Positions 61,791 to 64,000 of a stretch of 64,000 nt of DNA are shown here, in pieces; position 1 is the first letter of the stretch, and every line of letters begins with the position of its first letter. A program made the translations under genes and the position numbers. The notes beneath the pieces are model-generated. The model made no database searches and was not told where the DNA came from. It saw only the letters and a program-made list of their open reading frames with translations. This DNA comes from Eledone cirrhosa. Lineage: Eukaryota. Location: NCBI GenBank assembly GCA_964016885.1, contig OZ024743.1:310372001-310436000 (forward strand), given 5' to 3'.

Positions 61791-63019
61791 CTCTTTGAGT
61801 CTCAGTCATTGATGTTAGTTAACTGGAAAGTTTGTTGAAATGAATATCAAGCCACTACCTGCAGCCTCAGATATTCAGGACGTATCGGAGGGTTCTTGCT
61901 GTTCCCAGCAAGCATGCCTTTTGAAGCGTTCCAAAAAGCGTGGAGGGGCCAATTTTCTTTAACCATCCCTGGAAACTTTTTGAGATAGTCCCTAGTGCGC
62001 CTATGACAATCGGGATCACTTTGACTTCATGGCAGTTCCAAATCCTTTTTACCTCCCACTTTAAGTCCTGGTTCGGTTAATTTTCTCCCTCTCCTTCTCT
62101 TGCACTCTCGTGTCGAATGGGCAGGCCACATCCACAATCAGGCACGATCTTTTTTCTTTGTCCAAAACCACCAGGTCAGGTCTATTGTGTTCCAGTTTCT
62201 TGTCCGTCTGTATCCTAAAATCCCACAGCACCTTCACCTGATCGTTTTCTATCACCGCATCTGGCTTATGCTCATACCACTTCTCAGAATGTGGTAAATT
62301 GTTTTCTTTGCATAGGTGCCAGTGGATCACCCTGCCCATCACATCATGTCTCCAGCCCTTATAGTGAGCCTGGGCTAGGTGTTTACACTCGGATACAATG
62401 TGAGCCACAGTCTCCTCTCTCTCTCCACAGATCCTGCACAGTGTAGCCTTTTTAAGGTCTCCTCTTTTCAACCAGTTCCATGTCTGTGGATCTCTAAATT
62501 CAGTTTTCTCAAAGAAGGTACTATGAAGGGATTTTTTCTTGAAGGCTGCTCTTTCTCCTTGATGTTTTTTCCTCCTTGGACATCCCCTGGCCTATTGTCC
62601 CCTCCTTCAGTACAGTTCTAAGCATTGGCTCCTTACTATCAGTCACGTATTTGTGTAGGTTGTTTTTCTCCATCTGAACACAGTCCTCTATGCTGATAAG
62701 ACGTCTTCCACCTTCAGATCTCCTTAAGTAGAGTCTATCGACATCACTCCTCTTGTGGAACATATTGTAGATAGTCAATAGCTTCCTAGTCTTCCTATCC
62801 ATTTCTTTTTGTTCAGCAACATTCCATCTCAGAATTCCCGCACTGTACCTAATAATAGACACAGCTCGGGAATTTACTGCACTTATGGCATTCCTACTGT
62901 TCAGGTGTGACTTTAATACGCTCCTTACTCTCCGAAGGTATTAAGTTCTTATCAATTCCTTCATTTTTTTGTTCTTGATGTCATCAGCCTCCAGAACGCC
63001 CAAATACTTGTATCCTTCC

Positions 63020-63020
<1 letters not shown>
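61791..63020 (-). mobile_element. Family B copy 2, 5'-truncated, with internal ~85 bp deletion
   Basis: Colinear with 58839-60140. RPDLVV..LIVDVACPFD. Flanked by (ATT)n. Confidence 0.92.
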
Positions 63021-63070
<50 letters not shown>

Positions 63071-64000
63071 GTGCGACCTACGTAGTAAATTGTATCATCG
63101 GGAGCTCCGCAAAGGTTTGTTATTTTCAGTTGTTCAAAATTACCATTCATGGGAAATTTTATTGTTAACTGTATATAAGTGCACATACATTGTTATCTGA
63201 AAAGGACACCCAAAAAGATTGGGGCCTTGAGCCCAAAATTCAAACTTTTTATAATTATCAAACAAAAAAAGATTTTCTTTGAAAAATCATGGCCGACTCA
63301 GTAGCTGAGAACCTTCCTCACAAAATAACACCTCACACCGACACCACCATTGTAAATATTACTACGTTTGCCAACACTAAAAATATAAGCAGTAGCAATA
63401 TTATAAATTTGTCTCAGGCAGACATTCATTTCCCGCCATTACCAATGAATGCAGGTGTTAAAGCCGCCACCACCACCACCACCACCACCGCGACAACAGA
63501 AACAAAAGAAAAAAATAAATTAACTCGTGATATCGAAATGAATTCAACCAAAATGAACTCTTCCACACCGAACACCACTGACGCCACCACCACCACAACT
63601 GAAACTAAAATTGATAATAACAAAAATAACGATAACAACAACAGCAACAATGACATTAAGAAAACCACCCTGAGTTTTGCCAGAGTAGCAAAACAGTGTG
63701 AAGCATTTCAGGTAAGTCAGGAGGAATTAGAAAAAGCCAAAAAATGGTAAAGAAAGATGGGTACAGGGTCAGCCTCAAACCCCACCTAATAAAATGGAGC
63801 ATCGGCGCCTATGCACCGTGTCTTATCGAACAATTAATATAAAATCGCGCCGAGTGGAACGGGCATCCGAGTCCCAAATCCAAAAAGCTTTGGGACATGT
63901 GTGGGCCAAAAAGAAAACCCACATCAGACGTGGGCAGAAGTATGGAACCGTAGACGTGTTCTTTGAAACACCACAGGAGGCTAGAGAACACTCTATGGCC
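63071..64000 (+). mobile_element. Tx1-type LINE copy 2, 5' end (runs off the window)
   Basis: GTGCGACCTACGTAG follows (ATT)n. ORF 63289-63750 is homologous to ORF1 (LPHKITPHTDTTIVN.TTFANTK). Confidence 0.92.

Larger units (their letters stand above)
45265..63070. repeat. (ATT)n spacers at 45265-45280, 50158-50207, 51473-51507, 51823-51891, 52836-52915, 58794-58835, 61762-61790, 63021-63070
   Basis: Every element boundary except ~49190-49200 is an ATT run. Confidence 0.95.

Overview
AT-rich, repeat-saturated eukaryotic DNA. The SINE families, huge (TA)n tracts and retroelement content suggest a cephalopod (Octopus-like) genome, but this is an inference. No intact host gene is evident, only possible decayed exons. 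The window has three zones. (1) 1-13.8 kb and 35.6-45.2 kb: many tRNA-derived SINEs (several with 13-18 bp TSDs starting in ATTATT), a non-autonomous Helitron, and old LINE fragments (Ingi/Vingi-like, RTE-like, CRE-like). (2) 13.8-35.6 kb: about 12 kb of (TA)n holding a ~5.1 kb duplication, Helitron-like tandem units and a triplicated ~400 bp foldback, followed by a hAT-like transposase relic, Penelope-like (PLE) relics and a series of fold-back cassettes with hammerhead-ribozyme motifs and a shared TGAG(T/C)RC tail motif. (3) 45.3-64 kb: a serial array of non-LTR retrotransposons separated by (ATT)n spacers, made of two R4/Dong-type RLE families (six copies, minus strand) and a Tx1-type APE family (two copies, plus strand). 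The most notable signals are the shared, opposite-polarity (ATT)n targeting by unrelated endonuclease classes (with the young SINE apparently using the Tx1 polarity) and the hammerhead-bearing fold-back modules sitting in (TA)n/(GA)n. All motif and structure calls were made by eye.
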